NCBI RefSeq assembly: GCF_009914755.1
Contig: NC_060942.1
Length of the DNA: 64,000 nucleotides
Origin: the human T2T-CHM13v2.0 reference genome, Homo sapiens
Reading direction: 5' to 3' (one strand)
Shown: piece by piece, positions 11,476 to 26,485 of the stretch
Layout: each line of letters opens with the position of its first letter
Position numbering within the stretch: the stretch's first letter is position 1
Program-made: the position numbers and the translations under genes
Notes under the pieces: model-generated
Told to the model about the DNA's origin: nothing
What the model saw: the letters and a program-made list of their open reading frames with translations, nothing else
Database searches by the model: none

Positions 11476-12265
11476 TATGTAATTACAGTAGCACAGACAA
11501 AATGATATTATCTCTTGCCTCCCTTCCTCCTTCCTACTCAACCAACACCACCAGGGACAGACATCATATTTACTGTATGCTTTCAAACCAAACCAAATCT
11601 AACCTGGTCCCCTTAGTCTTCTCTTATAACTCTCTCCCTGATTCCTCTTGGCCTTCTTTTTCTATTGCGAAGAAACATCCTATACTGATGTTCTCCCTTT
11701 TACTAGAACTGTCCTTCTTCCTCCTTGCTTTATCTGCACTATGGATTTTCCCTGATGGCTGCATGCCCCTTGATCTTTTCTCATGGGTATCTACTCACTC
11801 CTCCATTCTCATACCATGAAGCCAGGAAGCATGATCTTCTCTTTTATTCCTACTGCTTTTCTAGCCATCGTTTTTCTCTGTCTTCAATGTCCTATTTTAA
11901 TTTTGTTGGCCATGCAGGTATACCATGTACCTCCTACCATCTTCTATGCTGCTCCTTCATATTCACTAAGTAATCTATCACATCTCCGCTCTTTATTCAA
12001 ACTGCTTCAATTATTCTGAGTGACTTCAAAGCTTTCATTTGATTGGCAACAGACAGCCAATGTTATTTTACATCTCTTTTCTAGTTTAATTTCCTCTTTC
12101 GTGAATTGTCTTTCTTTTACCCTTTTGTTCATTGGAATCCTTGTGTTTCATGTACCTGAATATGGTTTTTTACATAAAAAATGTAACTATTGTTGATGCT
12201 TGTCTCTGGAGTACCAATGGAGATGTGAAGTTCTAGAGACATAAAGAAATTTGCCCTCATGGGAA

Positions 12266-13020
12266 TGTGGCTGTGCTGGGTATCTTATTTTGCTTCTTCA
12301 GTTACACCTTTCATTCTTCTCTACCTCGTATGGGTTCCAAGAAGCTGAGTTGTACAGAGACATAATAAGGCTCCTGTGCCCTCTGGCATCCAGTTAGATT
12401 TGGTCAATGGCAGGCACCAAGAGTAGGTCAGCAACTAGGTGAAGACAGAGTGCTTAGCCAACTGGATCCCTCACTTTGAGGGTCAAAAGAGATGTTTGCG
12501 TTACTTTACCAAAGGCTACAGAGCTTATTGGGCAATGTTTTCCAAAGCTACATCTACTTTCTCTGGGGTTTGGTAATGACTTCACCATTTGCCCTTCTGG
12601 ACTAGGGTTAGAATAGTCTCTTCGCTATTGCTAGATCTTGGATGTTTCACCATTCTTTGTTGCTTCCTCTTAGTCCGAATCATACTGTTGTAAATAGTCC
12701 CTCTATTTGATTACAGATTTGATGGTGCCCTTTGTTTTCTGTAGCGACCTTGATTAATAGCAAGTACTTGGTATCAGGAATAGCTCTAGAAAGCAGACCT
12801 CCAAATGGAATTCTGAGACTGAGTTGTTCACATGCTGAGAAACACACGGTGGAAGGAAAGGGACTTTGCTATATGGCATATGGTAGCATCAAAATATCAC
12901 TGACGGAGACAAAACATGAAGCGCGAGTCTAAGTCAAGGTGTTGAGATTGTGGTGTTTAGCAGCTATAGTGACAAAAGTGATTACAAAGATTATGGGCTC
13001 AGCTGCTTCCTTTCATGTCT
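12266..13020 (+). mobile_element. Old ERVL-class LTR plus short internal remnant
   Basis: ccctctggcatccagttagatttggtcaatgg motif resembles old ERVL LTRs; subfamily and ends uncertain. Confidence 0.45.
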
Positions 13021-13189
13021 TGAGAAATTCACTCCTATTCAAAATCCCCAAGGCATTTTTCATAGACCTTGACAAGTAAATCCTGAAGCAATGTAGAAGT
13101 TTACAGTGGAAAGATTCTTACTCTTTTTAGGTGGGGAAAATGCATTTAAAACAACAGAGAGGTTCACACCAGTAATACTAACTATTCTT

Positions 13190-13652
13190 TTTTAAATTTT
13201 ATTTTTAATTTTACTTTAAGTTCTGGGATACAAGTGCAGAACGTGTAGGTTTGTTACACAGGTATACATATGCCATGGTGGTTCGCTGCCCCGATCAACC
13301 CATCACCTAGGTTTTATGCCCTGCATGCATTAGCTATTTGTCCCAATGCTCTCCCTTCCCTTTTCCCCCATCCCCCTACTGGTCCCTGTGTGTGTTGTTC
13401 CCCTCCCTGTATCCATGTTCTCATTGTTCAATTCCCACTTATGAGTGAGATCATGTGATGTTTGGTTTTCTGTTAATGTGTTAGTTTGCTGAGGTTGATG
13501 GCTTCCAGCTTCATCCATGTCCCTGCAAAGGACATGATCTCATTCCTTTTTATGGCTGCATAGTATTCCATGGTGTATATGTACCACATTTTCTTTATCC
13601 AGTCTGTCATTGATGGGCATTTGGGTTGGTTCCATGTCTTTTTTATTGTAAA
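13190..13652 (-). mobile_element. 5'-truncated L1PA 3' end
   Basis: ttactttaagttctgggataca... 3'UTR; perfect 17-bp TSD TAATACTAACTATTCTT at 13173-13189 and 13653-13669. Confidence 0.95.
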
Positions 13653-13807
13653 TAATACTAACTATTCTTAGATATTTAGGGATGGAGTGATGTGGACAAG
13701 TAAAATTGATAAATATGTTGTTGAAAATGTTTATTGGTACAACTATTTTGGAAAAACTTGGCAATATCTGGTTATTTTGGTAATTCTATGTTTAAATATA
13801 TACCCTA

Positions 13808-14132
<325 letters not shown>

Positions 14133-14554
14133 CTATGTATAGCCTAGATGAACCCATGTACTATGTTGCACAAGATACATACAAAGGCATGAATTGCAGC
14201 ATTCTTGCCAATGGCGAAGAATTAGAAACAGCTTAAATGCATATCAAAAGAAGAATAAGGAAAAATTAAGCTAGGTTTATACAGTGGACTATTCTACAGC
14301 AGTGAATATAAATGAAGTGGATAATCATGTGTCAAAAAGAATAAATCTCTAGACATAATAGCAAGGAACTGGAAATCAAATGGAAAAGAGTGTGTAAATA
14401 TCACTTATGAAACATTTTAAAAGCACCTATAATATTATATCTGTAATGTATTATATTTTAACATAGGAATGACAATATATTAACTTATGTCAAATTTAGG
14501 TAGTAGGCATATGAAGTTCTTAATTTGTTTTCAGAACCTTTTTTTAACAGTTAA

Positions 14555-17215
14555 TTTTTTTAAAAAATTGGTAAATAAAAATTGTATATATTAATGGTAT
14601 ACAACATGAAGTTTTGACATGCACACATTGTGGAATGGCTAAATTAAGCTAATTTGCATATCCATTACCTCATATAATTATCATTTTTGTAGCTAGAAGA
14701 CTTAAAATCTATTCCCTCAGCAATTTTCAAGTATACAATATAATGGTATTAAACATAGTCATGATGATGTAAAATAGATGCCTTGAACTTATTCCTCATG
14801 TTTAATTGAAATTTCATATCCTTGAACAACATCTTCCCAACCCCTCCACCCCACCACCCTCATGTAGCCACCATTCTACTCTCTGTTTCTATGAGTTCAA
14901 CGTTTTTAGATTCCACATATAATTGAAGTTATGTAGTATTTGTCTTTCTGTGTCTAGCTTACTTCACTTAACATAATATCCTCCAGGTTCATCCATGTTG
15001 TTGCAAATGACAGAACTGTCTTTTTTATGGTGGAAGAGTATTTCATTGTGTATATATATATCATATTTTCTTTATTTGTTCATTCGTTGGTGGACACAGG
15101 GTGATTTCATGTCTTGGCTATTGTGAATAATGCTGTAATGAACATGGGATACAAATAATTCTTTGACATATATATTTCATACCCTTTGTGTATATTCCAA
15201 GAAGTGGGATTGCTGAATCATATGTTAGATCTGTTCTTAAAATTCTGAGGAATCTCCATAAGGTTTTCTAAATGGCTGTACAAATTTTATTCCCACCAAC
15301 AGTGTACAAGGGTTCCCTTTTCTCCACATCCTCACCAACACTTGTTATCTTTTGACTCTTTGATAATAGCCATCCTATCGGGTGTAAGATGGTATCTCAC
15401 TGTGGTTCCGATTTGCATTTCCCTGAGGATTAGTGATGTTAAGCAGCTTTCTATGGAATTGTTGGCCATTTGTATATCTTCTTTTGAAAAATGTCTATTC
15501 AGGTCCTTTGACCATTTTAAATATATATGTATATATATATATATTTGCTGTTCCATATCGTTTTTTCCCATTTGGAATGTCATCTCATCTCTCTGTTGAT
15601 TGTGAATTCTTCACTCCTTGGCTGTGCAGAAGCTTTTCAGTTTTATGTAATCACATTTGTCTATTTTCACTTTTGCGGCCTGTGCTTTTGGAATCATATC
15701 TAAAAAATCATTGCCTAGGCTAATGTCATGAAGCTTTTCCTCTATGTTTTCTTTTAGTAGTTCTACATTTTCAGTCCTTACGTTTAAGTCTTCAATCCAT
15801 TTTCAGTCGATTTTTGTATATGGTGTGAGATGAGGATCTAATTTCCTTTTTCTCCATATGGATATCCAATTTTTTCAACACCCTTTATTGAAGAGACTTT
15901 CCTTTGTCCTTGGCATCTTTGTTAAAAACCAATTCACTGTATAAGCATGGATTTATTTCTGGGTCTTCTATTCTGTTTCATTGGTCTATATGTCTGCTTT
16001 TAGCCAGTACCATGCTATTTGATTCCTACAACTTTGTAGGATATTTTAAAGTCAGGTAGGGTGATGTCTCCCACATTGTTATTTTTCAAGGTTGCTTTGG
16101 CCATTGGGGGTCTTTTCTCATTCCATGCAAATTTTAGAATTTTTACTTATATTTCTGTAAAAATTGTCATTGGAATTTTGATAGGAATTGGATTGAAATG
16201 AATCTGTGGATCCCTTTTGGTGGTGTGGGCATGTTAACAATATTAATTCCTCCAAACCATGAACATGAGATATCTTTTATTTATCTGTGTTTTCTTCAGT
16301 TTCTTTCATCAATGTTTTGGTTTTCAGTGTACAGATATTTCACTTCATTTGTTAAATTTATTTCCAGGTATTTCACTTTTTAGTGGCCATTGCAAATGGG
16401 ATTGTTTTCTTGATTTCTTTTTTGTATAGTTCATTGTTAGTACATAAAAACAGTAATAATTTTTGTATGTTGGTTTTGTAAACTGCAGCTTTGTAGAATT
16501 CATTTATTAGTTTCAACATATTTTTGGTAGCTGCTTTAGGGTTTTCTATACATAAGATCATGTCATCTCCAAACAGAGATTGTTTAATTCTTCCTTTCTG
16601 ATTTGAATAGCTTTTATTTCTTTCTATTGTCTAATTGCTCTGGCTAGATCTTCCAGTGCTATGTTGAACAGAAGTGATGAGAGTAAGCATCCTTGTCTTG
16701 TTCCTGATCTTAGAGGAAAAAGTTTCAAATTCTCACCATTGAATATAATTTTAGCTGTGCATGGGGCTTTATTTTGTTGAGGTATGTATTTTTTGTGCCT
16801 AATTTCTTGCAAATTTTTATCATGAAAAAATGTTAAATGTTTTCAGATGCTGTTTCTGTATCTATTGAGATGATTATATGGTTTTTGTCCTTCATTCTGT
16901 TAATGTGGTGTATCAAATTTATTGATTTGCATATATTGAACCATCCTTGCATCCCTGGGATAAATTCCACTTCATGTTGAATGATTCTTTTGACATGCTG
17001 TTGAATTCGGTTTGCTAGTACTTGTTTGAAGATTTTTGCATCTATGTTCATCAGGGATATTGGCCTGTAATTTTCTTTTCTTGTAGTGTCCTTGTGTGGT
17101 TTTGGTATCATGGTAAGTCTCGCTTCCTAAAATAAGTTTGGAAGGATTCCTCACTCTTTGTTTATTTGGAAGAGTTTGAGAAGAATTGGTATTACTTCTT
17201 CTTTAAATGCTTAGC
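14555..17215 (-). mobile_element. L1 (L1MA-like), 5'-truncated, with degenerate RT-domain remnants
   Basis: ORF fragments [26 protein letters not shown] and SGTRQGC are L1 ORF2; 3'UTR at the left end. Confidence 0.9.
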
Positions 17216-17229
17216 AGAATTAAGCTATG

Positions 17230-18950
17230 TTTGTGAACTAAAAGACAATATTGTTAAGATGACAATATTACCCAAAGCTACCTACAGATTTTTTTTTGCA
17301 AAGATAGAAAAACTCATCCTAAAATTAATATGGAATTTCAACACACCTTGAATTGCCAAAACAGTCTTGAAAAAAGAACAAAATTTGGAGGTTTCACATT
17401 TCCTGTTTTCAAAACCTATTAGAAAGTTACAGTAATCCAAATGATGTGGTATTGGCTAAAGACAGATATATAGACCAACGGAATAGAATAGAGACCCCAT
17501 AAATAAACCCTTCTGTAAGTGGTCAAAAGATTTTGACAAGTGTTTCAAGACCATTCAATGGGGAAAATTACAGTCTTTTTAACAAATGATGCTGGAAAAC
17601 CTGGATATCTACATGCCAGTGAATGAAGTTCGACCCTTACCTTAAAGCATATATAAAGGCTAACTCAAAAGTATTAAAGACCTAAGTGTTAGAGTCAAAA
17701 TGATAACTTTAGAAAAAAAAGATAGGCAAGAGGCTTCATAACATTGGACTTAACAATGACTTCTTGGATATGACACCAAAAGCACCATAACCAAAAGAGA
17801 AAATAGATTAATTTGGCTTCATTAAGATTAATAACTTTTGTGCCTCAAAGGACACTATCAAGACATAGTTAAAAAGTAATGTACAGAATGAGAGAAAATA
17901 CTTACAAATAATAATTTGATATATAATTCATATCCAAAATATATAAAGCACTCTTTCTACTCAACAACAACAAACAACCCAATTTAATAGTGAGAAAAGG
18001 GATTTTAACAGACAATTTTCCAAAGATACAGGTGGCCAATGATTACATGAAAAGATGCTGAACTTCAGAACCACATTGAGAATAAGAAAATAGCAAGTGG
18101 TGGTGATGATGTAGAGAAATTGGAACTCTAGCAATCGCATTGCTGGTGGAAATGTAAATTGGTGCAGTAGCTGTGGACATCAATAGAGCAGTTCCTCAAA
18201 TAATTAAATACAGGATTAACGTATAATCCAGCAATCCTACTTCCAGGCGTATATACAAAATAATTGAAAACGGGGACTCGAATATATATTTGTACACCAA
18301 TGTTCATTGTGGCGCTATTCAAAATAAACAAAAGGTGTAAACAACCCAAATGTCCATGGTATATATTATGGTATATACTGACAATGGAATACTATTCAGC
18401 CTTAAAAAGAAATAACATCCTGATACACGCTACAACAGAGACCAACCCTGAAAACGTTATGCTGAGTGAAATAAGCCGGAAACAGAAGGACACATATTGC
18501 CGGAAACAAAAGGACACATGATTCCACTTATGTGAGGGACCTAGAATAGAAAAATTCACAGAGACATAAAGTAAAATAGTGGTTATCATGGGCTGGGGGA
18601 ATGGGAGAATAGGAAGATGCTGTGTAATGGATACAGAGATTCTTTTATTATTATTATTATTATTTTTACATAGAGACAGGGTTTCACTACAATGCCCAGG
18701 CTGGTCTCAAACTTGTGGCCTCAGGTGATCCTCCTGGCTCGGCCTTCCAAAGTGCTGAGATTACAGGTGTGAGCCACCACACCCAGATGATAGAGTTTCA
18801 GTTTGAGACAATAAAGAAGTTCAGGAGATGGATGATGGTGATGGTTACACAACATGTGGATGTACTTAAGACCACACTGAAAGTACACTTAAAAATGGTT
18901 AAAATGGTGAATTTTATGTTCTGCATATTTTACCAAAATTTTAAAAACTC
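17230..18950 (+). mobile_element. Old L1 (L1M-type) ORF2 3' part and 3'UTR
   Basis: NIVKMTILPKATYRF, agaccaacggaatagaatagag, MEYYSALK; interrupted by an Alu monomer. Confidence 0.88.
18642..18787 (-). mobile_element. Alu monomer (FLAM/AluJ-like) inside L1
   Basis: tagagacagggtttcact...gagccaccacacccag with (TTA)n tail. Confidence 0.85.
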
Positions 18951-20756
18951 ATGAAAAACAATCTCTTTGGTGACTTACTAATAGCTTCCTGATAATAACT
19001 TCTGTGCATCAAAATTTATTGTCTCTCACTGAAATTTTGAACCTATTTGTCTCTGTTGACCCCTCTTCCTCGGAATTCTGTATTTTGTTCTCCGGTACAT
19101 CTCTGACTTCCGGTCTTCAACTCCTTCTCCATTGCCACCCCTTACATGCAGACATTTCCCAGGCATCTATCCCAGACGTTCTTCTCTCATTCTCCTTGGG
19201 TGATCTAATGGATTCAACCTGGAAGTTCTGCCATCTGTTTCTCTCAACTTTGCGCTTTTCCCTTCCTTCTTTCCCAGCTCTGTGCGGTAACCCTTCTCTG
19301 ACATCTGCCATCTCCACTCCCTTAATTCAAACTTTCTCTTCCATTTGGTTTGGATCGATATTTAACATTTTTAAAATTGATTGGTATTTAACATTATTTT
19401 TATCAGTCCTTAGTGAAAAATGTGTTCTGTAACTTTTTTATCATATCAGAACAATTACCCTGCTTCCTCTCCTTCTGTTACATGGCTCTGTGAATATTTC
19501 TGTAGAACAAGTGCTGTTCTTTGGAATGCCTTCACATAACCACAGCGCTACATTATCCTCTATGCAACAAGTCTGGCTGCAACCAGGAATCATTTTTGGC
19601 TGCTTGACATTTTGATCAATGCTTCTTGAGGACCAAATGGGATCCAGGGATGGTTACATACTATGTTTGATTGTCTATTTTTAAGGGTTCTTCAGTGATC
19701 TTTTCTTTATAAAATGGATTCTTAGTTATTGTCTATGCCTAAACGGTAGGCTAAGTGAGAAGTCTCTAGCGCCTTGCCTGAAGTAGGGACTTACTGACAA
19801 ATGAGGTTTACCAAGGTCTATTTTAGGTGAGAGGTGACTTGTTAAGCGCCATCCTCTGAGCCAAATTTCTGAGCCAGTCACCTCATCACACTCTTCCCAT
19901 CTCATCGCCTCTAGAACCAGCTTCTGCTTTCCTGGAAATGGTCCTGCCTTTAACATAACTTTCTCCAGGACTTCCAGGAACAGCCACCATTACCCCCTTC
20001 AGTCCCTCAGTTGCCCAGGCTGGATGAAACCTACTCCTATACTTATGAGTACTTCTCTGTTGCTGCATGAGAAAACTCCTGGCCTTGACCTTGTCCCAGG
20101 GGTGTCATCTCTAACATCATGTACATTAATTATAGTTTATGTTAAAAAATTGTTCCTGAAAACCACTGCATTAAATTGAATATTTGGTCAATATTTGTTT
20201 TGATTTATAATATTATTCCAGGGATGCTTAGCTTTGCTTCTTTAAAAGTTACTACTTTAAAAAAATTACCAAAATACTAGAAGCTTGCCATAGTAAACTA
20301 AAACTGCAGAAAAGTAGGTAGGAAAATGTGAGAGGGGACTCCTCTCCTACAGGGCAGTGGTGGGAGTAATGACAATTTTCCATTCATACCTCAGCCTCCT
20401 CCAATCCTTGACTTTTGTCAAATTGCATCCCTCTGCAAACCAAAGCAAAAGAACATCTACAAGAGCTACTGAATACTCTACCTGGTGTTTTTTTTTTTTT
20501 TTTTTTGCCAATGAATTTAAATGTGACAAATTCCTTTCTACTCTTCTTAATACTTAACCCTAGTATAAGAAAAATACCCAATCAGGTAAAGCAGTATATA
20601 CTATGTGACTGATTATTTTAAATTTAACTGGGATGTTTTACTGAGTATATATTTTTAAGCTACGTTGAATAAAACCCATTACATTTTATAATTTCTTTCA
20701 AGAGTGCTGTGTATTATTTAATAAGTATATAAGAGCTATTTTATCAAATAAGATAG

Positions 20757-20927
20757 TTTTTATTTATTTATTTTTATTATTTTTATTTCACTTTAAGTTC
20801 TGGGCTACATGTACAGAACGTGCAGGTTTGTTACACAGGTATACATGTGCCATGGTGGTTTGCTGCACCTGTCAACCCGTCATCTAGGTTTTAAGACCTG
20901 CATGCACTAAGTATTTGTCCTAATGCT
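20757..20927 (-). mobile_element. Short L1PA 3' end
   Basis: ctttaagttctgggctacatgtacagaacgtgcagg...cctaatgct with T-rich tail. Confidence 0.88.
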
Positions 20928-23913
20928 CAAGTAAGATGACAGTTTTTACCATGAAATGTTTACTCATATCACAGGCCATCTTTATTATATTTTATCTTAT
21001 AAAATGATTAATGTTTTAATCTCCTATTATTAAGATCTAAGATGCTATCTAAGATGCAGAATCAATACATTTTAAAAAGTATTTTGCCTACCAAATTGTC
21101 CTGAATGAAAGACCACAGAAAAATTTTTGTTCTCATTCACTTCATTAAGAGATGCAACTACAGAAAAAATTAGCTTTTATGTTTAATAATTATTTATCAA
21201 AATTTAAATATATATATTTTCAATTGTACACTAACAACAAGTATAGTGATAACTGAATCCAGATGAAACTTTTTAAACATATAGAAAAATGACCATGGGT
21301 CATAAGAACATTTTGTATTTTAAATGCATGTACGTACTTTCATTTCAGAGAAATATGGCAAGGTTATCAATAAAATACTTTCAAATGTAAAAGTATATTA
21401 AATTAGAAGAAAATTCTTTGGAGGAAGTGAAGTGGAAATATAACACCGAGGTAAAAGGAATGATGTAAAATATCTGAATGTTCAAGAGGTTTTTCATGTG
21501 TATTTCATAGGTTTTTCATGTGTATTTATTAACGATGGTGGATCTCACATGGTTAGATTTCACTGCATGCATGTAAAGAATGATGGAACTGTTTTATTTT
21601 AAAACAACAGAACTCACAATTTGCCTGAATTAAATCATCTGCAATTATTTATATTATGGGCAACATTTTAGCTATCAGCTTGGAAATGTGCAAGGAATAT
21701 ATGCTTTTCATAAAAATAGAAAAAAGTTATAGCGTGTTCTTGGGCAAAGGTTTCAGAGATCACCTGTAACTTGGTGTGGTGCAGCACATTGCTGGCCACA
21801 CCGCCTGTGACACCGTGTGGCAGTGGCTGCAATAGCACTTCAACAGCACAAGACTTCCTGGGGACAAGAAAGGGCTCTGGCTTTTTCACTTTAAGGCAAC
21901 AGCAAGGCTGAAGATTCCTCTCCTCATCCCTAAAGTTATTAAGGGGGAGAAGATCATGGGAGAGAGAATAACATCGTTCCTCAATAGCATGGGGAAGGAA
22001 GCAATTTCATCTGATTATGAAAAAGAATGTGGACTTATTTAATGATATAGTTTTTGCTTAAGTTTACCCTGGTCTTTCCCATCAGAGATTCTCTGTGTGT
22101 GATCTGTGGATCCCTGAGAGTTTCTGAGACCACAAGAACACAACCAATTTTATAATAATACTAAAACACTTTTGCCTTTTCCACTGTGTTGTGATTTGTG
22201 CTGATGGTGCAAAAGTGATGGCTAGGACTACTGTAATTTAGCATGAGGTAGGGCATGTTGGCTCCAAACTGGGCTGGTAGTCATGGATTCCTCACTGCCA
22301 CACATATATGAAAACGTCATTTTTCACTTCTGAATGTTCTTGATGAAGCAATAAGTATTGTAGATTTTATCAAAGTTCAACTCTTGAATACACATCTTCT
22401 AATATTTGGTGTGATAAAATGGGAAGTATCTATAAACATCTTTAAAAAACTTGGAAATACTTATAGGTTAGCAGGAAATTGCCAAAAAATGTATAAGGAA
22501 ATTTTCTACCAGTTTCCCCCAATAACAATATTTTGCACAACTATAATACAAATAGAAAAACCAGGAACTGACATTCATGCAATCCAAAAGACTCTTCAGA
22601 GGAAGGGAAGAACTTCTCAGGGTTTAAAGGATGAATAGGAGCTCAACAAGTGGTTAAGTCTGAGATGGCATGCATTACAGCAAAGGGAGGAGACACGCAA
22701 ATTGTGATGGGGAAAAGCAAATAATTCTGTTTTGCTAAAGCAAGAAATGCAGGAAGAGACACTCACAAGGGTGATGAGACTGGGAAGGAAAAATTGCCTA
22801 ATAATGAAGGCTTCTTGTGTCATGATGAAAGACCTGAGTTTTTTTTCTGAAGGCCCTGGGGAGCTACTGAAGAGTTTTAAGCATGTGGGTGGTATGAATA
22901 GATCTGTATTTCAGGATAATAACTACAGACTTTTTTTTTTTTTTTTTTTTTTTGAGAAACGAGGGACCAGTAGTAACAGGAAGTAATAGGAAGCCCATTA
23001 GGAAGGTTTGCAATAATGTATCTAGGTCATGAGATTTTGAGCTAACGCAATCCACGGAAGGAGGAATATTTAAGAAGCAAAAACTACAGGGCTTGGTAGT
23101 GGATGAGGGAGGTAGGGGAAAAAGGAATCTAGGATGACTCACAGATCTCTGACTTACGTGGTAGGATTTAATGATGGTACCATTCACTCACATGCTCAGT
23201 TTGGGAATATTTGAGTTTAGCTTTTTAAGAAACATCAAGATGTAGGTAGCTGGTTTTGCTAGTACAGAGTATGGTAAAATAATCAGATTACAGATACATA
23301 TTTGGATGTCATCTATTTGGGACGTTGTTAAAATAATGTGAGTGGTGGAGGTCACCCAGAGAGAGAGAAGACATAATATAATAATAAGGAAGCAAAGGAT
23401 GAAAACTAGGGGAAAACTAGATGTTGGAAAGAGGAAAAGGAGTTGGAATGGTGCACTGAGGAAGATGAGAGAAGAGAAATGAAAGCTAGAAGAGAATGTT
23501 CAGCATACTAAATGCAGCAGAAATGTACAGTACAGCAGGTACCCAGACATTTTGGTTTCAGGACCCCTTTAAGCTCTTCAGAATTATTAAGGAAATCTCA
23601 AAGAACTTTTGTTTATGTGCATTTTTCTAATGATATTTACTCCATCAGAAATTTAAGCAGAAAAAGTTTAAATATAAACTTATAAAATAACATCTTAATA
23701 TTAAAAAACATTACAACCATTGCATGTTAATGTAAATGACACATTTTTAATTTAAAAAGCTATGTTTTCCAGTATACAAAAAATAGTGGTAAAAAAGGCA
23801 TTGTTTTACATTTTTACAAATCTCTTTAATGTTTGATTTAGTGTAATTATGTCTTGCTAGATTTATGTATCTGCATGTGCCTTCAATCTGTTGCAATATG
23901 TTGTTTTGGTTGA

Positions 23914-24264
<351 letters not shown>

Positions 24265-24305
24265 TAAAGGAGAATTTTCATAAAAGCCTTTTCAATTAAC
24301 CGTGA

Positions 24306-24659
<354 letters not shown>

Positions 24660-25889
24660 GATATTTCTTTTTTATACTACACCAACATTCAAAAAGTGGT
24701 CTATGAAGCCAATTGTTGGAACAGAGAAACGGCATCATACTGGAGCCTTTAATGAGCAACATGCTTGGTGAAATGTTGGATTAGGAAAATAATTTAACCA
24801 CATGGAAGAAAGATTTAAAGGGCACACTATTATCTTGGCCTGACCTTTAAATTAATAATAATAATAATAATAAAAATAATAAAAAATTATATCCATGGGA
24901 CTGTAATACCATAGTTTTGAATTTATATTACTGAGTTAATTTGAGAACTGTCAAGCTAAGAAACTGACATAAAAAACAATATGATATACCCCCCGAGTTC
25001 CTGACAAAAACAAAGACAAAACTCCTCCGAAGAGCATTTCCTCAGCCTGGATTGCACAGAATTCTTCCTCTGAAGATAAGCTTCCAAATGTAATACTGCA
25101 AAACACTGGAGGAGGTGATCTCCCAAGACTTGCGTCAGTGAACAGAGCAAACAGAAAGATTCAACTTTCCAACAGCTTCAGATAAGAGAATATGATATTT
25201 TCATTCATGTAATTAATAGGGCTAAACAAAATGATTAAACATATAAAAGACATTAATGATTAAGTAATTAAATATATACAAGGTAGAATCAAAGCCACAA
25301 GAAACTCCAAGACTGGGTAGCAGGAAGCACAGTGATGGATGCCCAGCAAAGAGGAGACTGAAGGTGAAAGGCAAGCAGGAGGGGGAGCCGGTAGGTAATT
25401 TACCCTATCGAATCCTCAGCTGTGTGAGAACCAGCAGCAGATGAGAGGGCAAAGGTGCCTCACTGCACATGGCCCCATGAGTCTTAACTGTGCTTGAGAG
25501 TGCATGGACAGTCTAGTCCAGACTTAGTCAACAGTTTATCTGTATCCAACAGAAAATATCCTTCCTGGGACTTGTCCTTCCCATCCTGAGTCAGCCTGTC
25601 TTTATACAGCTATTGAAAGTGGAGGTAGTATATTCTCTGAAGAGCAGTCTTAAACAAAAATATTCAAAAGCTTGAGTTAAGAAAAGATCAGCTTGCAATA
25701 TCAGAACATACTGAAATATACCTGATTGTTTGAATGATGGATGAGAAGAAGCTTCTGAGTCACCTCCTTTGAAGTTTTCCAAATGAAGAAAGCATTCAGG
25801 TTTGAGTGCAAGAAAAGCCAGGAGGGAAGGCTTATGTAACACTCTTTTCATTTGTGTTAGTTAAAATTTTTGTTTTGATGAGTACTTGT

Positions 25890-26485
25890 CCAAAAGAAGG
25901 AAATCAGTGCATCAAAGAGACACCTACACTCCCATGTTATTGCAGCACTATTCACAATAGCTAAGACGTATAATCACCCTAATCGTCCATCAACAGATGA
26001 ATGGATAAAGAAAATGTGGTAACTGTGCACAATGGAATACTATTCAGCCTTAAAAAAGAATAAAATCCTGTTATTCACAGCAACATGGATGAGCCTGGAG
26101 GATGTTATGTTAAGCGAAATAAGTCAGGCACAGAAAGACAAATGCAGCATGTTTTCACTTGTGTGTGAGAGCTAAAAAAAATGGAGGTCAGTGAAGTAGA
26201 GAGTAGAATTGTGGTTATTAGAGGCTGAGAAGGATAAAGGTAGGGGAGGATAGAGAGAGGTTGGTTAACAGGTACAAAGTATTAGCTAGATGGGTAGAAT
26301 AAGTCTAGTGTTCTATAGCACTGTAGGGTGAATATGGTCACCAATAATTTAGTGCATATTTTTAAAAAGCTAGAGGAGAGGATTTTGAATGTTCCTAACA
26401 CACAGAAATGACCAAGGCTTGAGGTGACGAATGTTAGCCAGAATGGATCACTACACATTGTACACATGTATTAAAATATCACTAA
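25890..26485 (+). mobile_element. L1MA-type 3' end
   Basis: tattgcagcactattcacaatagc...gaatggataaagaaaatgtgg and L1MA-like 3'UTR. Confidence 0.88.

Noticed and set aside
14555-18950. Head-to-head L1 segments resembling a twin-priming inversion
   Set aside because: Each segment has its own 3'UTR and they cover overlapping parts of ORF2, so they are two independent insertions.
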